Assembly: GCA_963725265.1 (NCBI GenBank)
Contig: CAVRXP010000002.1
Span: forward strand, 699,426 to 763,425
Direction: 5' to 3'
From: an uncultured Solirubrobacterales bacterium
GTDB taxonomy: Bacteria > Actinomycetota > Thermoleophilia > Solirubrobacterales > Solirubrobacteraceae
Length of the DNA: 64,000 bases
Shown: positions 1 through 9,641 of the stretch, piece by piece
How the letters are laid out: each line of letters opens with the position of its first letter
Numbering within the stretch: position 1 is the stretch's first letter
Notes under the pieces: generated by a model
The model's input: only the letters and a program-made list of their open reading frames with translations
Databases searched by the model: none
What the model was told of the DNA's origin: nothing
Program-made: the position numbers and the translations under genes

Positions 1-1776
1 CGCAAAGGGGGTGTTCACCGGTTCGGCGCGTTCGATCACGATCGCCGTGCGGCCGCTCGACTCCCAGCGCTCCAGAACCGGCCCAAGCTCGGGCAGACGC
101 TCCAGCTCGCGCTCCAGCTCCCGCGGGCGCCCGACCCACACCTCGGCGCCGTCGAGGAGCGCACGCACCCCATGCCCGGGAGTTGAGCGGAACTCGATCG
201 CCTGCTCCAGCTCCAGGCCGCGCTCGCGCGCGGCGGCCACCACGGCCAGGGCAACGGGGTGCTCGGAGCCAGCCTCCGCGCTCGCCGCAAGCGCCAGCAC
301 CGGCTCGATCTGCTCGCCAGGTGCGGCCCAGATGTCGGCCACCGACAGCTCGCCGGTCGTGACCGTGCCGGTCTTGTCGAGCACGATCGTGTCCAGCTCC
401 TGGCTGCGCTCGAGGATGTCGCCGCTGCGGATCAAAAGCCCAAGGCTTGCGCCGCGCCCGGTGCCGACGAGGATCGCCACGGGCGTCGCGAGACCGAGCG
501 CGCAGGGACAGGCGACGATCAGCACGGCGATCGTCGCGTCGATGCCGCGCTGCAGGTGCATCGAGGCGAACATGCCCTGCAGGTCCTGGCCGGTCAAGAC
601 CCAGCCAAGCGCGGTGAGCGCGGCGAGCACGAGCACTCCAGGCACGAAGTAGCGCGCGATCTCATCCGCCAGTCGCTGGATCTGCGGCTTGGAGGCCTGC
701 GCGCGCTCGACCAGCGACACCAACTGTGAGAGAGCGGTGTCGGCGCCCACGGCGGTGGCGCGTGCACGTAGCGCGCCGTCAACGTTCAGCGTTGCGCCGG
801 TCAAGAGCGCCCCTACCTGCTTCTCGACCGGCAGCGACTCGCCGGTGAGCATCGACTCGTCCACGGCGGAGGCGCCGTCGATCACGACCCCGTCGACCGG
901 TACGCGGTCGCCGGGGCGCACCAGGAAGATGTCGCCGCGGCGCACCTGCTCGACCGGCACGAGCCGCTCGGGCGCCTGCGGATCGTCGGCGTCGAGCAGA
1001 CGCGCCTGCGTGGCGCCGAGCCGCGCCAGCTCGCGTACGGCGCGGCCGCTGCGGCTACGCGCCTTGGCCTCGCACCAGCGCGCGACTAGGAGTGCCGCGA
1101 CGATCGTCGCGCCCATGTCGTAGCAGAGCGCCATGTCGAACTTGCCGACGGGAACCCCGTGCTCGTAGACGGTGTCGCCGGTCAACAACATCACCGTCGA
1201 GTAGACGAAGGCCGCAAGCGTGCTCAGCGCGATCAGCGTGTCCATGTTGGTGGAGCGCGCACGCGCGCGCTCCCAGGCGGAGCGCAGGAACGGCAGCCCG
1301 CACCAGAACTGCACGGGGATCGCCAAGCCGGCTGTGATCCAGCGGGCGGTCTGATCGTGTGGGTAGACGTAGGTCAGGAAGGCGATCGCGGCGGCCAGTG
1401 GGACCGCGACGGCGATACGGCGCAGCAGGCTGGCCTGCTCGCGCGCCTCTTGCGCTTCGAGCGCCTCGAAAGCATGTGCCTGATCGTCGGCGCTGGGCAG
1501 CACGGGTGTCGCGTCGTAGCCGGCGCCGCGCACAACCTGCACAAGCTGCTCGGCGTCCAGCGCCCCAGGCTCCAGCTCCACGGTAGCGCGCCCAGTCGCA
1601 TAGTTGACCGCGGCGTCGCTGACTCCCGGCTGTCCACTGAGCGCGCGCTGTACGCGCGCAGCGCACGACCCGCAGCTCATGCCGCTGACGTCCAGCTCGT
1701 ACAGCTCGTGCTCGGGCGACCCGTCGACCCCCAGGTCGGCGGTGCGTGTCGGCTTTGTAATGTCGGTCGTGCTCAT
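1..1776 (-). CDS. copA: Heavy-metal (Cu+-type) P1B ATPase, runs off the window start
   Basis: Manual translation from ATG at 1776: HMA motif [28 protein letters not shown]. Start and DKTGT codons are in the same frame. Confidence 0.9.
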   Translation of the reverse strand, partial: MSTTDITKPTRTADLGVDGSPEHELYELDVSGMSCGSCAARVQRALSGQPGVSDAAVNYATGRATVELEPGALDAEQLVQVVRGAGYDATPVLPSADDQAHAFEALEAQEAREQASLLRRIAVAVPLAAAIAFLTYVYPHDQTARWITAGLAIPVQFWCGLPFLRSAWERARARSTNMDTLIALSTLAAFVYSTVMLLTGDTVYEHGVPVGKFDMALCYDMGATIVAALLVARWCEAKARSRSGRAVRELARLGATQARLLDADDPQAPERLVPVEQVRRGDIFLVRPGDRVPVDGVVIDGASAVDESMLTGESLPVEKQVGALLTGATLNVDGALRARATAVGADTALSQLVSLVERAQASKPQIQRLADEIARYFVPGVLVLAALTALGWVLTGQDLQGMFASMHLQRGIDATIAVLIVACPCALGLATPVAILVGTGRGASLGLLIRSGDILERSQELDTIVLDKTGTVTTGELSVADIWAAPGEQIEPVLALAASAEAGSEHPVALAVVAAARERGLELEQAIEFRSTPGHGVRALLDGAEVWVGRPRELERELERLPELGPVLERWESSGRTAIVIERAEPVNTPFA

Positions 1777-1867
1777 CGGCTTGGGTAGACGTCCCCTACC
1801 GAGGGGGCTCCCGATCGGTATAGGCGATGGTCGCTGTCGGTCAAAGGGGGGTGTGTTCGAACACGAC

Positions 1868-3469
1868 TCATTTCAGCAGGTCGCTCGCGCGGGTCGGGGG
1901 TTTGGGGGGATCGAGAGGGGGTTTGTGGGGATCGAGAGGGGGTTTGGAGGGATCGAGAGGGGGTTTGGGATCAAGAGGGAGGGGGGGATCGACCCTCAGG
2001 CGAGCTTCGCTCGTTGGGAGCGTCGCGCCAAAGCTGACCAGCACGCGCGCCCCGCCGCCGGGCGCGTTCTCGGCCTTGACGTAGCCGCCGTGCGCCTCGG
2101 CCGCCTGGCGCACGATCGCCAAGCCGAGCCCCGAGCCGGGCAGCTTGCGGGCCCGCTCGGCGCGGTAGAAGCGCTCGAATACGTGCGGCAGGTCGGCCTG
2201 CGCGAAACCGGGCCCGTGGTCGCGGACGCTGAGCACGCCCTCGTGCAGCTCGACCTCGATCGGCTGCCCGGGCGGGCTCCACTTGCGCGCGTTGTCGAGC
2301 AGGTTCGACACGGCGCGGTCGATGCGCTCCGCTTCGCCACGGACGAACGTCGGCTCCAGGTTCACCTGAAACGGCGTGTCCGAGCGTCGCTGTGAACGCG
2401 CCACGGCGCCGCGCACGATCCCCTCCAGAGCCACTTCGTGCAGCTCGCCCTTGGGCTCGGCGCCGCGCGCCAGCTCGACCACGTCGCCGACGAGCCGCGT
2501 CAGCTCGTCCAGCTCGCTGACGATGTCCGCGCGCAGGCTCGCTTGGTCGGCGGCCGGCAGGCGCTCGGCGTCGGCGAGCACCTGGATGTTGGCGCGCAGG
2601 CTCGAGATCGGCGTGCGCAGCTCGTGGCTCGCGTCGGCCACCAGGTTGCGCTGGGCTTCGACCGAGCGCGCCAGCGCGTCGAGCGTGGCGTTGAAGCTGG
2701 CGGCAAGCCGCCCCAGCTCGTCGCGGCCGCCGTCGGGCAGGCGCTGCGAGGAATCGAGCCCGCCGGCGAGCGTCTCGGTGCGGCGCGTGAAGCGCGCGAT
2801 CGGCGCGAGCGCGGCACGCGCGACCAGGGCACCGAGCGCGGCGGCCAGCGCGATCCCAACGACGCCGACGATCGCGAGCACCAGCAGCAGCCGGCTCAGC
2901 TCGTTGTTCAGCTCGGTGAGGGGACGCGCGACCAGCACCGCGCCGCGCGCACCGTTGCCCTGTGCGAGCACGCGCAGCTGGACGCCATTGACCGTGCGAT
3001 CGCTCAAGGCCCGGCCGTCGCCGCTGCGGGCGATCGCCTTATCCGTCGCGCTCAGCGGGATCGTCGTCGCAGGCCCCTGTCCACCCGGAACGTGTACTTC
3101 GCCATTGGGCGAGACGAACTGCACATAGCCGGAGGGCCCGCCGAGCGGCGTGGGCTCGACGCTGCTGGGGAAGCCGCCGCCGGGGGGCGGTCCGCCGCGC
3201 GGCGCGTGACTCTCATTCGGGGACAGCCCCCCGCTCGGGGACGGTTCGCCATTCAGGGGCGCGGACTCGCCGGACAGGCCGCCTGAGGGCGCCGTCTGAC
3301 CGCCAGCAGAGGTCGGCGGCACGAACGCCGCCGCGCGCTGGCGCAGCGACTTGTCGATTTCGCCGCGCAGGTCCGAGCGCACCGCGACATAGAGGCTGAC
3401 GGCGGCGACGAGCACGGCCAGCGCGACCGCAAGACCGGCCACAGCCGCGATGCGCGCACGCAGTGTCAT
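1868..3469 (-). CDS. HAMP/HisKA sensor histidine kinase (MprB-like)
   Basis: Two TM segments, [11 protein letters not shown]-box, NLLDNA, DHGPG, GSGLGL. Confidence 0.95.
   Translation of the reverse strand: MTLRARIAAVAGLAVALAVLVAAVSLYVAVRSDLRGEIDKSLRQRAAAFVPPTSAGGQTAPSGGLSGESAPLNGEPSPSGGLSPNESHAPRGGPPPGGGFPSSVEPTPLGGPSGYVQFVSPNGEVHVPGGQGPATTIPLSATDKAIARSGDGRALSDRTVNGVQLRVLAQGNGARGAVLVARPLTELNNELSRLLLVLAIVGVVGIALAAALGALVARAALAPIARFTRRTETLAGGLDSSQRLPDGGRDELGRLAASFNATLDALARSVEAQRNLVADASHELRTPISSLRANIQVLADAERLPAADQASLRADIVSELDELTRLVGDVVELARGAEPKGELHEVALEGIVRGAVARSQRRSDTPFQVNLEPTFVRGEAERIDRAVSNLLDNARKWSPPGQPIEVELHEGVLSVRDHGPGFAQADLPHVFERFYRAERARKLPGSGLGLAIVRQAAEAHGGYVKAENAPGGGARVLVSFGATLPTSEARLRVDPPLPLDPKPPLDPSKPPLDPHKPPLDPPKPPTRASDLLK
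1896..1993. repeat. 21-bp tandem repeat (~4 copies) encoding the (K)PPLDP tail of the kinase
   Basis: GGGGGTTTGnnGGGATCGAGA repeated. Confidence 0.9.
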
Positions 3470-3511
3470 GGCGCTGGGGATGTCGGTGCGCTGAGGTCCT
3501 CAAAAAGGCCG

Positions 3512-3537
3512 ATGCCCCCCGCGCGCGCGGGGGGCAT
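3512..3537. repeat. REP-like perfect GC palindrome, intergenic copy
   Basis: ATG-CCCCCC-GCGCGCGC-GGGGGG-CAT; same core at 6288-6311 and 26306-26331. Confidence 0.85.
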
Positions 3538-3657
3538 GCCGTTTTGGGCACACCAGACGGAGGCGGAGCCGACGGTCATCGTCCTGGCACGCCCCGTCCG
3601 GAAAACAGCCGGCATCGGAACGATCGATAGCGGCCAAGGCGGCGGCCGCCGGCAGTG

Positions 3658-4332
3658 TCACGGCTCGCGCAGCACATAGCCGACGCCCCTGACGGTGTGA
3701 ATCAACGGGCGCGCCCCAATCCCCTCCAACTTACGCCGCAGATAACCGACATACACGCGCAACGCGTTCGACGCCGGGCCGAAGTCATAGCCCCATACGC
3801 GGTCGTAGATCAGGCTGTGGGGGAGCACGTGCTTGGGGTTCAGCATCAGCAGCTCCAGCAGCTGGTACTCGGTGCGCGTCAGCTCCACGAAGCGCTCGCC
3901 GACCTGCGCGCCGTGGCGGGCGCCGTCGAGTCGGATTTCGGCGAAGCTGAGCGCGTCGGGGTCGGACTGCGAGTTGGTGCGGCGCAGCAGCGCGCGCAAA
4001 CGCGCCTTAACCTCCTCGACGTCGAACGGCTTGACCAGATAATCGTCGGCGCCGGCGTCGAGCCCGTCGATGCGGTCGCTCACCTGCTCGCGTGCGGTCA
4101 GGATCAAGATCGCCACGCGGTTGCCGAGCGTGCGCAGGCGGCGGCACACCTCCAACCCGTCGATCCCGGGCAGGCCGATGTCGAGCACCACGGCGTCGGG
4201 CACGTTCTGCACGACCATCTCGATTGCCTGCTCGCCATCCTCGGCGCTCTGCACCTCATAGCCGCCAAGCGTGAGCGCACGCCGCAACGCTTCGCGCACG
4301 GCCCGGTCGTCCTCCACCACGAGAATTCTCAT
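3658..4332 (-). CDS. OmpR-family response regulator (MprA-like)
   Basis: ILVVEDD, LDIGLP, GADDYLVKPF, IHTVRGVGY. Confidence 0.95.
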   Translation of the reverse strand: MRILVVEDDRAVREALRRALTLGGYEVQSAEDGEQAIEMVVQNVPDAVVLDIGLPGIDGLEVCRRLRTLGNRVAILILTAREQVSDRIDGLDAGADDYLVKPFDVEEVKARLRALLRRTNSQSDPDALSFAEIRLDGARHGAQVGERFVELTRTEYQLLELLMLNPKHVLPHSLIYDRVWGYDFGPASNALRVYVGYLRRKLEGIGARPLIHTVRGVGYVLREP

Positions 4333-4505
4333 GGACTCGATTCTGACGTGCCGCGCGTGGGTGCCGGGAAAACTCCTACGTTCGCCTTACACGGCTCATA
4401 GCTTGCGCTAGTGCGGCTCGTCGATGCTGAGCGCCACAGTAGTTCGACCTCGCGTCCCCAGGTGAGACGACGCGCAACCGTGGACCCCTTGAAAGCGAGA
4501 CCGGC

Positions 4506-6767
4506 ATGTCAACACCTTCGATCAGCGCCCCGAGTCGAGTCCCAGGCGACATAGACCAGTGGTCCTCGCGCGCACGTGCGGGTCTGCGCCGCGCGGTTCG
4601 CGGCCGTGAGGCCGACCCCGTCTGGGAGCGTCCCGCGCTGTGGCTGGTCGCGCTGCTCGCCGGCACGCTCACCTTTTGGGGCTTGACGCACAACGGCTAT
4701 GCGAACACCTATTACGCCGAGGCGGCGCAGGCGGCATCGCACAGCTGGAAGGCGTGGCTGACCAATGCGCTCGACACGAGCGGCTCTGACAGCCTCGACA
4801 AGGGCCCGCTGTCGAACATGCTGATGGGGCTCTCCGGGCGCCTGTTCGGCTTCTCGACGTTCACGATGCTCGCCCCCGAGGCGCTGTGCGGCGTCGGCGC
4901 GGTGCTGCTCTTGCACAACACGGTCAAGCGCACGCTCGGCCATCGGGCGGCGCTGCTGGCCGCGCTGATGCTGGCGCTGACACCGATCTTCGTCGCGATG
5001 AGCCGCTTCGACAACCCCGACGCGCTGCTCGTGCTGCTGGAGGTCGCAGCTGCCTGGGCGTTGGTGCGGGCGCTGCAATCGGGCCGCATGCGCGACGTGC
5101 TGCTGTGTGGGGTGTTCGTCGGCCTGGCCTTCAACGTGAAGATGCTGCAGGCCTACCTGATCGTGCCGGGCTTGGCGCTAACGCTGCTGGTCGCCGGGCA
5201 GGGCACGATCCGACGGCGCGTCGGCCAGCTTTTGGCTGGCGGTGGCGCGATGTTGTTCGTGAGCTTCGCCTGGTACGGGACGATGATGCTGATCCCCACC
5301 GCCGACCGCCCCTGGGTCGGTGACACGACCGACAACTCGTGGTTCTCGCTGATCTTCGGCGCCAACGGGCTAAGCCGCGTCTCAGGCGAAAACAGCGGAC
5401 CGGGTGCGGGCGGGATCACCTTCGGTGGCGCCGCGGGACCCCTACGCCTGTTCAACTCGATCGTCGGCGGGCAGATCGCCTGGCTGCTGCCGCTGGCGCT
5501 CGTGGGACTGGCGCTCGGCTTGTGGACGCATGGCCGCAGCTCGCGCACCGATCTGCGCCGCTCGGCCTACCTGTTGTGGGGAGGATGGGCCTTCGTGTCC
5601 TGGCTGGTGTTCAGCTTCTCGACGGGCATCTTCCACCCGTACTACACGACGGCGCTCGCGCCGGCCGTGGCGGTGCTCGGCGCCGGCGCGCTGGTGGCGC
5701 TGTGGGACCGCTCGCGCGACTCCGCGGCCTGGACCGTCGCGCTCGCGGCCGCGCTGATCGGCACAGCCGCGCTGGCGGCAATGCTGCTCGACCGCGCCTC
5801 GGGCTTCGTGCCGTTCCTGGCCCCCGCGGTGATGGTGATCGCGGTGCTCGCGGCGTGCGCAGTACTGCTTGCGCGAGTCACCCCTCTCTTGGGCTCGACG
5901 TCGAGCCGCAACAAGGTCGCGGCGGTCGCGGCGACGGCGGGCCTGGCTGCGATGCTGGCAGGCCCGACCGCGTACTCGCTGGCGACGGTCGGCAAGACGC
6001 TCAGCGGCGGCGATCCGCTCGCGGGCCCGGCCAGCGCCGAACTGGGTGTTGGCGGTCCAGGCGGCGGTGGGAGGGTCGGAGGCGGCGGCTTCCCAGGAGG
6101 TTTTTTTGGGGGAGGATCAGTGCGTGGCGCTAGGTCTTCAGCGCCCTTGGGGCTGCGCCCCAGCGGCGCGGGCGCACCGGGCGGGGGCGCACCGGGCGGG
6201 GGCGTGCCAGTCGGTGCGCCGCCGGCAGGCACGGCCGCGGGCGCCAGCAGTCCACCGAGCCTGTTCGGCAATGGATCGAATGCAGGCAGCCCCCCGCGCG
6301 CGCGGGGGGCTTTTGGTGCGGGAGCCGCAGCGGCCCCCGGCGCCGGCGTCAGCAAGGCCCTCGTCTCCTATCTGAAGGCCCACCAGGGCAAAGCCGAGTA
6401 TCTGGTAGCCGCCGTCGGTTCGAACACCACCGGCTCGATCGCCGTGCAGAGCGGTCGTGAAGCGATCGACATGGGCGGCTTCATGGGCTCGGACCCCGCG
6501 CCGAGCCTGGCCAGGCTGAAGAGCTTCATAGATTCCGGGCAGCTGCACTACGTCTTGCTGAGCAGTGGCGGTGGCGGTGGCGCGGCCGGCATCCCCGGCG
6601 GCCGCACGGGCGGCGGCCGGGGCGGTCCCGGCGGCGCCAGCTCGGCGGCGTCAAGCAAGGCGGTCAGCGAACGCGACGAATGGATCGAAAAGCGGGGTAC
6701 GGTCGTGCACGTGCCGGGGGAGAGTGCGGGCGCGGGAGGGATGACGTTGTACTACTTCGCCGGATAG
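4506..6767 (+). CDS. GT-C glycosyltransferase family 39 (ArnT/PMT-like, YkcB-like)
   Basis: Multi-TM protein; NxYY, DKGP, RFDNPD, FNVKMLQA motifs; Gly-rich loops; C-terminal MGGFMGSDP. Confidence 0.85.
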   Translation: MSTPSISAPSRVPGDIDQWSSRARAGLRRAVRGREADPVWERPALWLVALLAGTLTFWGLTHNGYANTYYAEAAQAASHSWKAWLTNALDTSGSDSLDKGPLSNMLMGLSGRLFGFSTFTMLAPEALCGVGAVLLLHNTVKRTLGHRAALLAALMLALTPIFVAMSRFDNPDALLVLLEVAAAWALVRALQSGRMRDVLLCGVFVGLAFNVKMLQAYLIVPGLALTLLVAGQGTIRRRVGQLLAGGGAMLFVSFAWYGTMMLIPTADRPWVGDTTDNSWFSLIFGANGLSRVSGENSGPGAGGITFGGAAGPLRLFNSIVGGQIAWLLPLALVGLALGLWTHGRSSRTDLRRSAYLLWGGWAFVSWLVFSFSTGIFHPYYTTALAPAVAVLGAGALVALWDRSRDSAAWTVALAAALIGTAALAAMLLDRASGFVPFLAPAVMVIAVLAACAVLLARVTPLLGSTSSRNKVAAVAATAGLAAMLAGPTAYSLATVGKTLSGGDPLAGPASAELGVGGPGGGGRVGGGGFPGGFFGGGSVRGARSSAPLGLRPSGAGAPGGGAPGGGVPVGAPPAGTAAGASSPPSLFGNGSNAGSPPRARGAFGAGAAAAPGAGVSKALVSYLKAHQGKAEYLVAAVGSNTTGSIAVQSGREAIDMGGFMGSDPAPSLARLKSFIDSGQLHYVLLSSGGGGGAAGIPGGRTGGGRGGPGGASSAASSKAVSERDEWIEKRGTVVHVPGESAGAGGMTLYYFAG
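6288..6311. repeat. REP-like palindrome inside a coding sequence
   Basis: AG-CCCCCC-GCGCGCGC-GGGGGG-CT, read in frame as SPPRARGA. Confidence 0.8.
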
Positions 6768-7438
6768 GCGCCCCACGCGCTAACGGCAGGTGACACAGCG
6801 ATGCCCTCGGACAGGCGCTCGTCGGGAATGGGCTCGCCCGCGACCGTGCTCAACGGGATGACACCTGCCCACGTGTCGAGCGCATAGTCCTCCTCGTCGT
6901 CCATCGGCGGCCCGGCGCGCAGCTTGGCCGACGCCTCCTCCAGCGGTAGCGCAAGCACCTGGATCGCCTTCAGCTCTTTAGCCGTCGGGCCGCGTACCTC
7001 ATCCCAGCGGCCGGGCATCAAGCGCTCGGTGAACGCCTCGATCGCGGCCATCTTCTCGCTCGGCTCGACGATCGCCCGTGCCTGCCCGAGCACGACCACC
7101 GAGCGATAGTTGACGGAGTGGTGCACTGCCGAGCGGGCGAATACGAGCCCGTCGAGCAAAGTCACCGTCAGGCACATCTGCGCACCCCCTGCCAGCGTCC
7201 GCACGGTGCGGCTGGCGCTGGAGCCGTGAAAGTAGACCAGCTCGCCCACGCGCGCGTGCAACGTGGGAACCACGTAGGGCTGATCGTCCGCCACGAACCC
7301 AAGGTGCGCGACCATCGCCTCGTCGAGGATCGCCTCGATCGTCGCGCGCTCGTAGTCGGCGCGAGCCGGCATCCGCCGTATGCGTGTACGGGGGGAGGCC
7401 CCATTGGTCGGCGTTTCGGTCACGGGAGGTTGCGTCAT
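6752..7438 (-). CDS. Pyridoxamine 5'-phosphate oxidase-like flavin-binding protein
   Basis: PYVVPT, YFHGS, ARSAVHHSVNYRSVV, WAGVIP; divergent from a MocR gene. Confidence 0.9.
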   Translation of the reverse strand: MTQPPVTETPTNGASPRTRIRRMPARADYERATIEAILDEAMVAHLGFVADDQPYVVPTLHARVGELVYFHGSSASRTVRTLAGGAQMCLTVTLLDGLVFARSAVHHSVNYRSVVVLGQARAIVEPSEKMAAIEAFTERLMPGRWDEVRGPTAKELKAIQVLALPLEEASAKLRAGPPMDDEEDYALDTWAGVIPLSTVAGEPIPDERLSEGIAVSPAVSAWGAYPAK

Positions 7439-7458
7439 GGGAGCACCCTACGAATTAC

Positions 7459-7504
7459 TTGGCTCTGTGAAAAGGTCCAAGTCTGTATAAAGATCTAGGG
7501 CCAA
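7459..7504. promoter_or_regulatory. Putative MocR operator: one inverted plus two direct motifs
   Basis: TTGGCTCT, AGGTCCAA and AGGGCCAA in the divergent intergenic region. Confidence 0.55.
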
Positions 7505-8872
7505 ATGGATTTGCATCTCGATCTCTCCGACATCTCCGGCGGCTCGCTGCGCGCGCGTGTCGAGCGGTCGCTGCGCGAGGCGGTGCGCAGCGGACGACTC
7601 GTACCAGGAAGCCGGTTGCCCTCCACCCGCGCGCTGTGTGTCCAGCTCGGTGTCTCGCGCGGGGTGGTCGTGGACGCCTATTCGCAACTTGCGGCCGAGG
7701 GCTACCTGCAAACACGGCGCGGGGGCGGCACGAGCGTCGTTGGGGCAGCCCCGACGCCTCGGCCAAGCACCGCAGGCGTTGTGCCCGGCGACCCCGTCCG
7801 CCACGACCTCAACTCATATTGCCCAGCGCTCGACGGCTTCCCGAGGGCAGCGTGGCTATCGGCGATGACGCGTGTACTGCGTGGCGCCCCTGACGAGCGC
7901 CTCGCCTATCCCGACCCGGCCGGCACCCCCGAGTTGCGCGCTGCGCTCGCCGCGTATCTCGGTAGGGCGCGAGGTGTACGCGCGGCGCCCGAGCAGATCG
8001 TGGTCACGAACGGCACGCGTCAGGGCATCGAGCTGCTGTGGAACGTGCTGGTCGCGGACGGAGCCAGTCGCGTGGCGGTCGAGCAGCCGGGTTGGCGAGG
8101 CGTGAGCGAGACCGCCGCCGACGCGGGCCTGGACCAGCACCCTGTTCCGGTGGACGAGCACGGTCTGGTGGTGGATCGCTTGCGAGACGAGCAGGTGGAC
8201 GCGGTAGCGCTCGCACCCGCTCACCAATTCCCGACCGGCGCGGTCCTGTCCGCCGCTCGGCGGCTGGCGCTGCTGGAGTGGGCACGCACGCACGATGCGT
8301 TGATCGTCGAGGACGACTACGACGCCGAGTACCGCTATGACCGCCAGCCGATTGGCTCGCTGCAGGGCCTCGCGCCCGAGCGCGTCGTATATGCGGGCTC
8401 GACCAGCAAGACGCTCGCACCGGCGATACGCATCGGCTGGCTCGTGCTGCCGTCGCGGCTCGCGGAGCAGGTCGCGGTCCGTCAGCGTCGGCGTGGCGGC
8501 ATGCCTTCACCATTGAACCAGCTGGCGCTCTCCGACCTGATCGAGCGCGGCGAGCTAGATCGCCATCTGCGTCGCCAACGACGTCGCTACAGCCGCCGTC
8601 GCGAGGCTCTGCTCGATGCCCTGGATCGCAAGTTGCCCGATGTGAGAGTGTCCGGTGCGGCCGCCGGCCTATACGTCGTCGTCGGCCTGCCCGAGGGCGT
8701 CGGTGAGCAGGCTGTGCTCGACGCGGCGCGTGCGCGGGGAATCGTGTTGGAGGGGGTCGGCGCCCCCACGCCGGCGCTCGTGGTCGGCTACGCCAACCTC
8801 GCCGACGCAGCGGTGATGCCGGCCGTGGAGGTGCTGGCGGCGAGTTTGCGCGCGGCAGGAAAGGCCAAATAG
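7505..8872 (+). CDS. MocR/GabR-type GntR regulator with PLP aminotransferase domain
   Basis: RLPSTR HTH, HQFPTG, EDDYDAEYRY, STSKTLAP. Confidence 0.95.
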   Translation: MDLHLDLSDISGGSLRARVERSLREAVRSGRLVPGSRLPSTRALCVQLGVSRGVVVDAYSQLAAEGYLQTRRGGGTSVVGAAPTPRPSTAGVVPGDPVRHDLNSYCPALDGFPRAAWLSAMTRVLRGAPDERLAYPDPAGTPELRAALAAYLGRARGVRAAPEQIVVTNGTRQGIELLWNVLVADGASRVAVEQPGWRGVSETAADAGLDQHPVPVDEHGLVVDRLRDEQVDAVALAPAHQFPTGAVLSAARRLALLEWARTHDALIVEDDYDAEYRYDRQPIGSLQGLAPERVVYAGSTSKTLAPAIRIGWLVLPSRLAEQVAVRQRRRGGMPSPLNQLALSDLIERGELDRHLRRQRRRYSRRREALLDALDRKLPDVRVSGAAAGLYVVVGLPEGVGEQAVLDAARARGIVLEGVGAPTPALVVGYANLADAAVMPAVEVLAASLRAAGKAK

Positions 8873-8932
8873 CACCACGCACAAGCAGCCGGAGCGCAGG
8901 GTTCGCGTCACAACTTCCCGGCCCGTGACACA

Positions 8933-9481
8933 TTGACCGTGATGGCCGACTTGGGGGAGTTCGACGACCTTTACCGACGAGAGAGCGAAGGGGTGCTTGT
9001 GTTCTTCACGCGGCGCACGTTCGATTCGGAGATCGCGCTCGACCTGACGGCCGAGACATTTGCGCAGGCCTATATCGGCTGGCGCCGCTTGCGGGGTCGT
9101 TCGCGCGAGGAGCGCCAGGCGTGGCTGTACACGATCGCCCGTCGGCAGCTGTCGCGCTATCTGCGCCGCGGGCATGTCGAGCGGCAGGCGCTCGTGCGCC
9201 TTGGCATCCAGGTGCCGGTGGCGCATGAGGACGACCTGCGCTCGATCGAGCGGCGTGCGGAGCTGGCCGAGTTGCGCGGCGCGCTCGGCGACGAGCTCGG
9301 CCGTCTGAGCGCCGAGCAGCGTCGCGCACTGGAGCTGCGCGTCGTGCAGGAACGACCGTACGAGGAGGTCGCACGCGAGATGGGCATCTCCGAGCCGGCG
9401 GCTCGTGCACGTGTGTCGCGTGGCCTGCGCACGCTGGGGCGGGCGCTGGATCTGCGACCGGCGACGCAGGGGGGATCGTGA
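8933..9481 (+). CDS. ECF sigma-70 factor
   Basis: DLTAETF, WLYTIARR, region 4 YEEVAREMGISEPAARARVSRG. Confidence 0.92.
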   Translation: MTVMADLGEFDDLYRRESEGVLVFFTRRTFDSEIALDLTAETFAQAYIGWRRLRGRSREERQAWLYTIARRQLSRYLRRGHVERQALVRLGIQVPVAHEDDLRSIERRAELAELRGALGDELGRLSAEQRRALELRVVQERPYEEVAREMGISEPAARARVSRGLRTLGRALDLRPATQGGS

Positions 9482-9641
9482 TGGTGGCGCGATCGATGCC
9501 GCAATGTCTGGCGCGGCTGGTGCAGACGCGGTCGGTGGGCGTGGTCTGGAGGCGACCGGCGCGCGCAGCGCCGACGCTCGGACCGCAGATTACGTCGATT
9601 GGCGTATGGATGATCCGCCAATTCGCTCGTAGGGAGGCTGC

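Noticed and set aside
11-1788. Plus-strand ORFs in the track, and similar long Arg/Ala-rich shadow ORFs throughout
   Set aside because: They are antisense or alternate-frame artefacts of high GC overlapping well-supported genes.
9482-9641. Small ORF or RNA between the sigma and the repeat protein
   Set aside because: No convincing RBS, motif or stable structure could be identified.
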